From: Lepidodermella squamata
Lineage: Eukaryota > Animalia > Gastrotricha
Direction of reading: 5' to 3'
Assembly (NCBI GenBank): GCA_047495785.1
Contig: JBLDXI010000032.1
Location: forward strand, 2,666,001-2,730,000
Length of the DNA stretch: 64,000 nt
Made by a program: the position numbers and the translations under genes. Under the pieces are notes generated by a model. That model saw only the letters and a program-made list of their open reading frames with translations, did not search any database and was not told the origin of the DNA. Position 1 is the stretch's first letter. The number at the start of each line of letters is the position of its first letter. Below are positions 38,062 to 49,287 of the stretch, one piece after another.

Positions 38062-39010
38062 ATGGCAAACGCCGCAATTTTCCTGGCTCTAGTTTCACTG
38101 CAAGTTGCATGGGCCGCGGAAGATGCGAAATGCCCGGTTGGTGGCATGTCTTTTCCGGAACATTTCGAGGCAGAAATAACAGAGGATGCTAACCTTGATG
38201 TTCCCGCTCAACTGAGATTTCCATTCTTGGAAGGTGGATTGCAAGTATGTGAGATAATTTCGTTAAATTGCGGCAATTCACGATTCTTTCTAGATTTTTC
38301 TTCACCTAAGAATTCCGTGCAGTGGCCAGATTTCCGAGTACAAGTTTTGGACAGCGAAAAATGTGATAAATGGCCTACATTTAGCTGTTTTCCGAATTAA
38401 CGAAACTGACACCTCGGCTCAACTAATCTCCGACTTTTACATAAATGCCCAGACGACTAGACTAGCGCAGGGCGAGGAGGGCTGGATCAGCTCGCGACCG
38501 AATTCGCCTATCCAAGTCAAACAGGGCGATGTAATCGGCATGTTCTACGACCAACTAGGCGGCGAGACCAGCATTCGATCCCTTTCGCTATCTGTCGATG
38601 ATGTGGAAAATTCTTTTGACACCCTGGTCTACCTGACGTCGGCGAAAGACTTGGTCGACGGGTCGAAGGGCCATGTTTGGCTGGAAGAAGGCATCAAAGT
38701 CAACCGAGTTCCGGCCTTGTACCTAAAGCTCGAAGGCACGAAACCGAAGCAGAACCGCCCCGCCGCCATTCACGTGAAACACATCCCTCAATCTGTAACG
38801 GTTCAATGCGAGCAGCGCCCGTCCCAGTACCACTTATCCGGGCTGGTTTGCGATGGCGAGGTTACCCTGCGATATTTCTACCACGAGAAGACCGGATTTT
38901 GCCGCGAATTCATCCATTGTTCGATTCCTCAGGCGTCGGAAATCGCCGGGTTTTTGACGTACAAAGACTGTATGGTGACGTGCCGACGGAGTCAAAATGG
39001 AGTTGCCTGA
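38062..39010 (+). CDS. Secreted protein: unrecognised N-terminal domain + Kunitz/BPTI-like domain (paralog 2; intron ~38245-38293)
   Basis: Signal peptide MANAAIFLALVSLQVAWA; IPCSGQISEYKF...GLHLAVFR...VKQGDVIGMFYD...IRSLS...VPALY; six-Cys Kunitz-like tail (RYFYHEKTGFCREF.HC...FLTYKDCMVTC). Confidence 0.75.
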
Positions 39011-39198
39011 AATGTGAAGCATTATTATTACACGTGTCCGAATAATGAAAGAATTAGTGAAAATAAATTGTACGCACTCAATAACCTCGTAAAAATGGCC
39101 ACGCGATGGTTGTATCGCGTGCCGATTCTTTTTCAATATTTTGAAATTTTAAACCAGTCGCAGTTTGACATTTTCAACATTTACAGCAAATACAAGAA

Positions 39199-39788
39199 AT
39201 GAAGTCTCTGAAATATCTGATTTTATCTGTTTCAATCGCTTTGATCAGCCAATTCACAGCAGCTAGTAGCAGCGAGTTCACGTGCTACGTTTGCGAGAGT
39301 GAATTTCACAACACAACACAAGATTACGAGAGCGACAAATGCGTCTCGCCGATCGGTAAAATCGAACCGGCGCCGTGCCCACCGATGAAAGGCGGCGCTA
39401 ATGAAAAGTACGGCTGTTTGAAGATTTACACCGTTACGGATGCGCGGACTGAATTCAATCCTCATAAAAATTCGAACAGGTTTAGTACATGGCCGCTCGA
39501 AAATTAATTTATCAGTTCGGTCGAATGTTTTATTAGATACCTGCGAAAAATGTCTCGGCAGTGCGCTTCTTTTGTGGACCCAGTTGTCAAATGCAGCACA
39601 CAACATGGAGCTAACAGTCAAACTCTATCTTGGTATTTTATTTTTATTTTTTATAATATTTATTTTATTAATTTTTATCTATTAGCTTTTGCGACTCTCG
39701 TGACTGCAACTCCTCACCAGGCCGTAAAGGAGCTAATTCTATCCTGACTTTGGCGTTGCCAACATTGGCGCTATTCAGATTCCATTGA
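39199..39788 (+). CDS. Ly6/uPAR three-finger (quiver/sleepless-like) GPI-anchored protein, 3 exons
   Basis: Signal peptide, then CYVC...C...C...CLK...RQC...C...CFCDSRDCN and a hydrophobic C-terminus (ILTLALPTLALFRFH). Confidence 0.82.
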
Positions 39789-40074
39789 TTATCCGTCTTG
39801 GAGACTGAGCTAAATTATCCAAAATATATGAATTCGATGAATAAATATTTTAAGAGTTCGAGAGGTTCCATTCTGTCCATTCTGTCCGGTGTTTTTGTGT
39901 TCTTCACGAAAAGCTATTATCAACAATTATCAGTTGAGAAAATGTTTACGTCAAATTTGCTATCTTGCAAATGATAAAATTTGGTGAGGTCGCGGAGCTA
40001 GCGTAATCTTTTACCAGAGCCTACTTTTTTGGAGGTTAATTCGCGAAAACAGGCCCCAAGTTTCAATCTGTACC

Positions 40075-42029
40075 ATGAAGAGTCAACTTTATTTAATTTT
40101 CGTCATTTTTGCCCTACTCGCCCAAACCAAAGGTCTGCTAGAAATTATCGCTGATTTTCGGCTGATTTCGTTTTGAAAATAGGCAACAGTGACGAGGTCG
40201 ATGAGGGCTTCAGTGAAGCAGAGTCTTGCAATGAGCAACAGTATTCGGCTAATAGGCGGGAACACGTCGTAAGCTTTAAATATAAATACCAAAAACTAAA
40301 CGATTTCTATTACCTATCTAATTAATCTACAGCTGATGTATGACGCCCACTTTCGAGACACTGTTTACAACTTGGCTATCCCAGTTGACGGCCTTATTAA
40401 AGCTATCATTGATTCAGCTCCTTTTCAGCGGCTTCAAAGCATTCGACAAATGGCTATGGTCGCCAAGGTATATCCCACAGCTAAGCATACGCGTTTTGAA
40501 CACTCTATTGGGTTAGTAAAATTTTAACCGAAAATCCGTCTTAATATTGGATTGAATTGGTAGAACTTACTACTTGGCCAATCAGTTCATTATCAAGCTT
40601 CGCGAAACTTTACCCGAGCATGAGCGGTTCGAGGTGATATCCGAGCGAGACAAAACCGCAGTTGAAATCGCCGCGTTGTGTCACGATTTGGGCCATGGAC
40701 CTTTCTCTCATCTTTTCGAAGACGTCCTTAAAGCTAAAAACAACACATGGAATGTAAATCAAATAATATAGTTATAACAAGATTAATTTTCCCCCATAAC
40801 TTCAGCATGAGGCAGGATCCGAGGCAATGTTGCGCAGGGTGCTTGCATATGAGACAGTTCGTGAATGGCTAGCTAGGGAACCTCTTTTCCTGAAAACAGA
40901 TGCTGAAGTTGAAGATTACCTCATTTTCATCCGGCAACTGATTCGCGGGAAGCCGAGGAAACATGCCGCCTATTTTGCCGAAAAGCCCTTCCTCCTTGAA
41001 ATAGTTTCGAACCACCAAAATGGTCTAGATGTAGATAAAATCGACTATTTGAAACGCGACTTGCAATTCAGCCGCGGAATCACCGGCATCGTTGATCATC
41101 GCCGCATTTTCATTAACGCGAGGCTGATCAAGGATGACGAAGGGCATTATCAAATGGCCTTCCGAACTAAGGTTGCCGAGGAACTGGCCGATGTCTTCCA
41201 ATGGCGATACTACCTTCACCGCTACGTTTGCTTCCACCCAACCGTTCGTCTCTTGGAGCAAATGTATAAAAGCCATAGCTTTTATGGCTTCTTTAATAAT
41301 TTTGGTTATTTTTATAGGATGATTGATTTGTTTTTCGCTTCGGAAGAACTTGTCGCTAAAACTATGTCCTGGCCCTCGGATTGGATGAGCACGTTCGGAA
41401 CTGGGTCAGATTCAGTGGATAAGCTGATGAAGCTCGACGACGAGACATTCTTCTCGATAATCAAGCTCTTTGCCCCGGCAAATCACCCAGCGGCTAAATT
41501 GTATCACCGGCTCGAGCATCGATTGCTATACAAAAAATCATGCACAATGACGCTATACTCGCCAAAGGATGATGACCAGTTTTACAAGGCCAATTTTAAA
41601 GCTGAGGCTGACAAAAGTGAAATCGAAAGCCGCAAATATGTCATTGTGGTATGCGAATCAAAAACAGAAATGTAAATTCAGGAACTTTTTATTTTTAAAT
41701 TTTTTCAGGTTACCAGATTTCGATTTGGCAGCGAACCATCGGCGACAGCTCGCGAATTCAGATTGTTTTTGAAAGAGGAAAATCCGAAGATCTACCTTCC
41801 CCAAGAAGAGGTCAGTTGCCTTCGAAAATGTTGGAGTACGTATTTTGGAAAATCCTTTTTTCAGGATCTTTTCTACCAGCGCTACTCCAGCTTGAAGAAA
41901 ATCGATCAATACGCTCAAATTTACGTATTTTGGCGCGGTGATCTCGATGACCCACAGAAAGAAACCTTGGAGGACATTGTTTGCCCAGGTTTCGCGCGTA
42001 AAAATGACGCTGTCATGGAACAGTACTAA
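40075..42029 (+). CDS. SAMHD1: SAMHD1-like HD-domain dNTP triphosphohydrolase with predicted N-terminal signal peptide; exons 40075-40132, 40183-40268, 40333-40511, 40564-40753, 40806-41263, 41318-41648, 41709-42029
   Basis: [58 protein letters not shown]. The two upstream exons splice in frame and encode [20 protein letters not shown]|NSDE. Confidence 0.88.
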
Positions 42030-42391
42030 CACTGAATGAATTATGTGATGTTCAAATTTGATTGTGAACAGGAAACGATTTTACCTACCTAGTCATTTTT
42101 TACTCGAACAAAAATTAATTATAAAAATATTCCAAGAAAAGATTATGCGAGTTTGCTCAAATATTGAAGTTTACGGCCATCGGCGACAAGGTCGAGCATA
42201 GGCATGACAGCATTGCAATCGCGTGATTTTCTCAAGTATTTGTTGCATTACAATTTCTAAAAAGAGAGAACCCGCCAGTCAAATTGCTTTGAAGGTTCGG
42301 CACATAGATTTTCCCCGATTTCTCTGCTCGTGTAGTGTGCAAGGCCACAGACCGAGCACCTAAACAAAAAGGCCAGATCCATGTAGAGAAA

Positions 42392-42427
42392 GCGGGTTTA
42401 CGCGTCCAAGTCGGCGTGTAAACCCGC
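42392..42427. repeat. GC-rich inverted repeat (hairpin)
   Basis: GCGGGTTTACGCGTC-caagtc-GGCGTGTAAACCCGC: 15-bp stem with two G-U-type pairs. Confidence 0.6.
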
Positions 42428-42724
42428 CAAATCACCGAAAACCGCCTTTGCGTGTATACGCGCACATAGACACGCGCATCCGTGGGCGCTGGAGGGTTAA
42501 AGTATATTTCGGCACAGCATATAAGCATAATACGGGTTCGGTGTACTGTTTTGAAGCGTGAGTTCTTCCTCGACGTGAATGAATTATCCGTAAATCATAT
42601 TATGAAATAAGAAGTAGTATTGGGTCAAGCGTATCCCTTCGAAAATTATAGCTTCCGTCGACAAGGATTCGGCGTCAAAATTACCTGCTTTGACACTCTG
42701 AATATGACATCCACATTCTCCATA

Positions 42725-43405
42725 CTGTAGTGTGGGGTAACTTGACCGGAAAAGTCTATTCACCATCGATATCACAGCTAAATCAAATCTTTCCCCCGCG
42801 TTTTGAGTCGATCTATTGCACTTGGGCTACATTGTGCACTTTTCCGAATTTTAAAATTGTTGACGATTCAAAATCGATAATCGATAATAACTGATCGATT
42901 TTGATCGTTGAAACTTTGGCATTGAAAATCTCGGCATTGAGAAAGTTTCAGACGGCGCTGTTTTCAGATTCGGAATCCTCTCGTTGAGATCTTTCAAAAT
43001 ACACCTCAAACTTGAAAATCTGTTGGCGGAAACACGAGCAGTGAGCACTTGAAGTTTGTGGGGTAACTTGGCCGATAACGTGCGAAATGCGCACTAAAAT
43101 TTGGCCTGGACACGAAAGGGCGCGTTGAATCACATCGCCCTAGTTTCTGCCAGATGGTTCATCGCCAAGTGAAATAGCCATGCGGCCAAGTTACCCCGCG
43201 CTCCGGCCAAGTTGCCCCACTTAGACCCGATGCTTCAAACCCTGATAAAACCGACCAGGTGCATCGGTTTTTGACGGGGCTTGCGGCTATCGCTAGATGA
43301 TCAAACGAGGAATCTGCTGATATTAAATTTGCGGGGGGTTTACGATAGTAGCTCGTTTTAAGACGCCGAAAACTGTTTTTCCGGCCAAGTAACCCCACAC
43401 TACGG
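42725..43405. mobile_element. Non-autonomous Tc1/mariner-pogo-like MITE (~680 bp)
   Basis: TA|CTGTAGTGTGGGGTAACTTGACC ... GGCCAAGTAACCCCACACTACGG|TA; internal repeats of the GGGGTAACTTGGCC motif at ~43060, 43184 and 43205. Confidence 0.85.
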
Positions 43406-44361
43406 TATAAGGAATTTGCTGTTGGAAATCACTCTTTTTCGATCAAATATCATTATATTACAATGATCAAGACCATTCATGCTGATCATGAACCACGGCC
43501 TCGTTCGTAATTTCATTCAAATCAATATTTTGTGGTCAGCTATTGTTTAAATCATCTTGAATGAGAATTGAAAAACAAACTTCAACGGCAGTTAAAATGA
43601 ATGGCAGGAAATCGATTTCCTTGTTGTTATTTGCTTAAAACACCTCTGACGGCTGATTCTGTGATGAGGATTTAGCTTCTATAATTAATTTTATCGATAG
43701 GGATTTTTTTCATTTTTCGTAGCCTGTTGTTTTTAGATTGAGATGCGCTTGTATCGCCTGAGAAATCGAGTTACCTTGTCTGAGAAGTTTCGCGGTGGAA
43801 TTGATATTAAAATCATCCCAACAAATGTTTTCCCGCATATTTCAGCAATTTTAGAACGCACTACATCAAGTTTATATCATTTTTATTTTCAATATTCACG
43901 ACATATTCAAGCAAGCGAAGTGATAGAATTTTGTGCATATTCCGCGAATAAATTACATTACACGAAGTGATGTCACGAAAAGTTCAGCAAAAATACAATC
44001 ACAATTTCGAAAATCAATTGGTAAAATTTGAATATACTATTTATTATAGATCATCATTCTATATAATGATTAGAAGCAAGAAAAACACGGGACCAAGAAC
44101 ACAAAAAATATGTACGCATTTTAGTCTTCGTCAATTCAATAATGACTGAGGCAGTACTATTCTCATCAAAATGAGATTTGTCACTCGAGACAACGTCTAA
44201 AGCTCCGTTTCTCCTACTCAACTTGAGCGTGACGAAAAAGTAAATGTAAAATTATTATGGTAAAGAATCAAGTATTAACTCGGTTGTTCGATGACTACAA
44301 TCATACGTGATTTTCAACAAAATTCAACATAACATCAAACAAGGCAGGTTCTTTGAATAAT

Positions 44362-45313
44362 TTAATCAGCTTTCTTAGCTTCCAGGCCGCGTTTCTTCGG
44401 CGAGATGTACGTGCCGATGAAGTAGTGGATGAACAGGACGAAATAGCTGAAATAAACGACGAAAGTCCGGTGAACCTGGAAAAGTGTTTCGGTGCCGCAT
44501 GATTCGCCCTTAATCGCCATTTTATAATAGACGGTTCCTGTTATAACGCAGGCAAGGATCATCTGAATTATCTGCATGGTTGTGATTGAAATATTGACGA
44601 TTTTCGGGCATCGGTAACCAGCAGCGCGAGTCATCTAAAATTCGAAAAAATATCGTTTAATTTAAGGAGAAATTTTGGATTTCCAAAACTTACATAATAA
44701 GTATACATGAAGGCGTGGACGGTATAATTCATAGTCCTGGAAAAGTGATAAAATTATTTCAAGTTAAAGGTAATTAGTTAGGGCAAATTTACATATAAAA
44801 AAGGCCAGAACCGACCCAAGACGGGTAAGAATAAAAGACGAAAACAACGACAGAGGCGTGGTGATACCAGTGCAGCAAAATTAGCTCTTGTTTACGTAAA
44901 ACAATGAAGATCGTATCGATGAGTTCAGGAATTTTGCTGAGTAGAAACATCGAGCCCCAGAAAGAAACAACTTCGTGTTGATACAAACTCTCGTCACAGA
45001 TCGTAAACATGGCGCCGTGTTGAGCAAGCATTCGATACATGTAAGGCACGGTGCGGAAAGAGGCGATTATGCTAAAAACGGCTGTGATAAAATTCCAGAA
45101 TGTCAACGGGCCGCGTAGGCTGAATCGCGGCCGATCACGCATGATCCACTTGATTGAGAAAATCACGATCACGTAGACTATTGCGATCACCCAACTGAGC
45201 CAAATATTGCTCTGAGCCCATTTCCTAAAACCAGCTGCGTCATGATTTCGCTCGAAGTCAAATCCTTTATGACCGGATAGGATGTCGTACAAAGACCGGT
45301 TAGTTGAAGTCAT
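44362..45313 (-). CDS. ELOVL6: Very-long-chain fatty acid elongase (ELOVL6/3-like), 3 exons
   Basis: FLLSKIPELIDTIFIVLRKQELILLHWYHH; MNYTVHAFMYTYY; ITTMQIIQM; YFSYFVLFIHYF; C-terminal KKAD ER-retrieval signal. Confidence 0.9.
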
Positions 45314-45569
45314 TATAGTTAATGATCTAAGATTACAAAAATGGTAGGTTAAAGCATTTTTCTGTTTGTTACTAAAACCGATAACAGAATAAAAAATGAG
45401 CACAATATTCTTCACATTTTTCACCTCTATCTCTCTCACCAGTTTCAGTTAACAAACATCACTGATCTCACTTCATCACTAGCTTCATTAGTTCATCTCA
45501 ACGCTCTCTTCTGCCAGCGACTAGGCGTCAACAATAGGCGAGCGAAAGAGGTACACATTATGCATTTGT

Positions 45570-46005
45570 TTAGACTAGCAGGCGTTCGATCGACTGACGA
45601 ATGTTCTGGATCAGAGGGTTCAGCTGAGAACCTTTGTTAGTTGTGATCGAGCACGAAATAACCGGACGTGAGACGCCGCAAGCGCGACCGAGAGCTTCCT
45701 TTGATCGGACGAATACGTAGGGCACGTTCTAGACAAAAAACAAAAGTAGATCAATTAACTGAAAGCTCAGATTGTATTACCTTGTCCTCGCACAACAACG
45801 GCAAATGCATGACGATTTCAATCGGTTCAGTATCAGCAGCCAGAATGATCAGCTCGGACAAGTTTCGGTTCAGAGTCTTGGTTGCCTCGTTAGCACCCTT
45901 GCGGAGCTGGTTGTAGTGCATAGCCTGCTGTACCATGTCCAAAATCTTCTTGGTCAGCTCAGGATCGGCCAGAGGATAGGCCTTGGGGTTAACTTCATCG
46001 GCCAT
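45570..46005 (-). CDS. SNU13: 15.5K/NHP2L1 kink-turn binding protein; exons 46005-45781, 45728-45570
   Basis: [10 protein letters not shown]...[15 protein letters not shown]...[21 protein letters not shown]|[24 protein letters not shown]...IERLLV. Confidence 0.96.
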
Positions 46006-46156
46006 TTTGAGTTAACAAATTGAAATCAACAAAAAACACTAAAATAAAGAAATGAATCAATATAAGTCACATTTAAATCTGACAAATACAATAATTTCGT
46101 TAGAAACAGTTAGACAAGAATTACTTTCAACACAAAAAAATAGAAAAGGCATTCGT

Positions 46157-47206
46157 TCAATGTTCATCAGTACCATTTGACGTCGGAACGCCAGTTTCCG
46201 CTACACCGTTCTCGATCAAACCTTCGACATCGGAGCCAGATTTCGGTGAAGATGAAACATCTGAGTAAGAGGAGGCACCATCGCTGTCTAGCTCATCGTC
46301 GTCTCCGCCGATAGCCTTCCAGAAAGCAGTGACAACCTTCTCGGCATAGGCGTGTCGGTCTTCTCCCTCCGGCATCGCTTGACAACGCTCCTTCATTGTA
46401 GCAAGACGAGAAAATAAAGATTCAAATTGTTCAGTGTCATCTGCGATCCTATTTTGAGCTGAGCTGGATTGCACATCACCTCCGCTTGGCGCAGCTGTGT
46501 CATTGAGAGACGATGAAGATGAGCTGCACGAGGATGAGAGGCGTTGGAACTGGTGACCGGCAGCATTGCTCCGATCTTCAACAAATGCTGCTGCCACACT
46601 GATAGCCGAGAGAATTCTACTGCAGCCATACTCCTCGGCTTCTCGTCCATCTTCACAAAATGACTCGCCGGGGCCATCTTCAGGTTCCATTTCTACGATT
46701 TCCACCTCGTTATGTACACACCACTTAGCGAAGTCGTTCTTTTGCTGGATTGAGCCAGATTCTAAGGCGCCAAAAGAAGGCACGCCTAGAAGAATGCGGC
46801 TCTCGGGAGACCATTTAGTTTTCAACGATTCGACAGATCGTTTGATCGCTGTCATCTCTTCCTCGCCTTCAACTTCGGCCTTCGAATGATAAGCAACAAT
46901 GAAAGAGCAGACTGGAGGAAGTATTGCATCGGAGGATAGCTGATAAGCAGTACGAAGACTGTTTTCAGAGAGAAGACTGTGTAAATTATCGGAAACTAGA
47001 AGACGCAGACGGACGAAGTGATATTTCGAATCGATTTCGATTTCGCTTGTCAAAATGGAACATATTGCACCATCAAAGGTCACTACGTCAGTTTCTTCTA
47101 CTTGCTTGTCACCGCTCAAATCTTTGATCAACGTTTGGAGAAATTCCCGATTTCGGCCATAAATTAAACAGCATGCATTTTTCGACTCCTTGGGCTTTGC
47201 TGCCAT
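46157..47206 (-). CDS. AAGAB: Alpha- and gamma-adaptin-binding protein p34
   Basis: IDSKYH, WCVHNEVEIVEM, EEYGCSRILSAI and C-terminal FESLFSRLATMKE...RHAYAEKVVTAFWKAIGGD. Confidence 0.85.
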   Translation of the reverse strand: MAAKPKESKNACCLIYGRNREFLQTLIKDLSGDKQVEETDVVTFDGAICSILTSEIEIDSKYHFVRLRLLVSDNLHSLLSENSLRTAYQLSSDAILPPVCSFIVAYHSKAEVEGEEEMTAIKRSVESLKTKWSPESRILLGVPSFGALESGSIQQKNDFAKWCVHNEVEIVEMEPEDGPGESFCEDGREAEEYGCSRILSAISVAAAFVEDRSNAAGHQFQRLSSSCSSSSSSLNDTAAPSGGDVQSSSAQNRIADDTEQFESLFSRLATMKERCQAMPEGEDRHAYAEKVVTAFWKAIGGDDDELDSDGASSYSDVSSSPKSGSDVEGLIENGVAETGVPTSNGTDEH

Positions 47207-47911
47207 ATCAATAAAATACCTCTACAAGGCATTTAGAAAGGCAAAAGATAGAGGAATAAGTATAGCTTAGTTGAGCAAGCGTAGGCTGACGCATAGTGTA
47301 TATTTGAAAAAGTGAGGTGGGCATTAGAATAAGGTCACTGACAAGTGACAAGGTAAGTTGGGTATCGAATTGAGGTCATCTCGCACCTCAAAGCGATCAC
47401 GCCAGCTGCGCGGTGGACGCGTTTCTAAACGCCGCATGCTTGCGGCAGCGCTGTCCTAAAAAATACTGCGGCTGAAAAACATTTATGAATTAACTATACC
47501 AAGTTTTTTCAAAATATCACTTCTGGAAAGATTAAGATTTACAAGGTTGAAATTTGTGCGGTAATGCAAAAGCATAACGCGCTATTTTTTTGAAAGGCTG
47601 ATTTTTTCAAGTTTTCAGCGGTTTTTCAGTCATGTGATCTGAGCTGTGCCGGCGCCAGAGAGCAGACTGCGGACTCCCAGGAATCTCGAGTCTTGGGCCT
47701 TACAATTTTTAGGTTACTTCAGACATAAATCCACAATAAATAGTGACTGCCAAGGCGCGCGCCTGGATAAATCTAGCAACGGAGTCTTCCGGTATCCTTT
47801 AAGTGTACCTACCGTATTTCGCATTACTCATGTCCTATTGCTTTGCGCATTTTTTATTTGGATGCCATTGTCGTTTCCTTGTGTCACTTTAGTCCATTGA
47901 ATAGACGAAAT

Positions 47912-49165
47912 ATGATTTCGCGACATGCGCTGTTACTTCGCAGCGGGTGCTTTCTGCGTTGCACAGTTGCATTTGAATCCGGAAATCTTAGACAGTTGCA
48001 TTCTGGAGTTGTTCTCAATGCGCAATCCGCGGAAAGCAGCAAAGATTCAAAGTCGGAATCTTCTTCAAAAGCTGTCAAAATCAGCAGAGCAATGAGAGAG
48101 TATGTTCGCAAGGCGGAAGAATACACAACTCTGATTGGCAACGAGCAAACTGACTTTGAATTGGGCAAGCGTCACTTATCAAACATTATGGGCTTTGAAG
48201 GTGAAGATATTTCTCAGCAACAAATCGACGCTGCGATTTCATATTTATTGCCATCCGGTTTGTTTGAGCCTCGTGCTCGTCCAATGATGAAGCCGCCAGA
48301 AGAAATATTTCCCAAACGCAAGCCGGCTCAGTTTGGCATTGACGGCAGACCTTACCACTTTTTATTCTACACTGGCAAACCCAACTTCTATGAATTGATG
48401 AATGAAGGCGCTATGGTATTGACTCGGTTGAGCGAAGTCTCTCGTAGAGCCCCGATAGCTCAAGGGGACGCTGAAAAACAGAAAAGAGGATTAGATTTAG
48501 CGGGTTGGTTTTCCATCTCTCGATTTCTTTCCTGTCAACAGATTTTCAATTTAGGTAGCGATTGGATTGACCTGCCATCTCTACGTTCGATGACTTTGGA
48601 AAATATTACTGAAGAGGATTATAAGGTTTTCGTCGGCTTGCTGTCTCGAATTGCTTCGCATCCTAATGGCGAAACAGCCCGCCAATTTCTGTTCCGATTC
48701 CGCCAACAGCTAACTGCAGAAAAAGCATCACAGCTCCGCCTACCAGTTTTTACTGATGCGGAAGGGAAGCAATATGTTGATAGTTTTGGAAGCCGCAAGT
48801 GGGCCCGCGCTGACGTTCGTTTATTTGCCGAAGGCACAGGCAAAGTGAAGATCAATGGGAAGTCACTGCTAGAATATTTCCCTGGGATATACGAACGTGA
48901 GCAAGTTTTGTTCCCCCTTCAGTTCACCGGATTGTTGGGAAAGGTTGATTTTGTCGCTTCGATCAACTCAGGAGCAAGTGGAAGCAATGCAGAAGCTGGA
49001 GCGTTGAGGCTAGCATTAGCCCGCTCGTTATGCAGCCTTTGCCCCGACGATGTTGTCGACTCATTGCGTTTAGCTGGTTTGCTCACTCGTGATAACCGTC
49101 GTAGGGAACGCAAGAAGCCTGGTCAAGTCGGTGCCCGCAGGAAATTTACCTGGGTCAAGCGTTAA
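47912..49165 (+). CDS. MRPS9: Mitochondrial ribosomal protein uS9m (51-nt intron 48504-48554)
   Basis: Transit-peptide-like N-terminus; FELGKRHLSNIMG, YLLPSGLFEPRARPMMKPPEEIFP, GLLTRDNRRRERKKPGQVGARRKFTWVKR. Confidence 0.95.
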   Translation: MISRHALLLRSGCFLRCTVAFESGNLRQLHSGVVLNAQSAESSKDSKSESSSKAVKISRAMREYVRKAEEYTTLIGNEQTDFELGKRHLSNIMGFEGEDISQQQIDAAISYLLPSGLFEPRARPMMKPPEEIFPKRKPAQFGIDGRPYHFLFYTGKPNFYELMNEGAMVLTRLSEVSRRAPIAQGDAEKQKRGLDLAGWFSISRFLSCQQIFNLGSDWIDLPSLRSMTLENITEEDYKVFVGLLSRIASHPNGETARQFLFRFRQQLTAEKASQLRLPVFTDAEGKQYVDSFGSRKWARADVRLFAEGTGKVKINGKSLLEYFPGIYEREQVLFPLQFTGLLGKVDFVASINSGASGSNAEAGALRLALARSLCSLCPDDVVDSLRLAGLLTRDNRRRERKKPGQVGARRKFTWVKR

Positions 49166-49287
49166 AAATGACCCTTATCGAATAAATTTTTGGAGTCTTG
49201 TTTTATATCTGATTATACTTAGCCTTGAACATTTGATTTTAATAGGTTTTTAAAACCTTGACTCTGCATATTGGTTCTTAAAACTAA

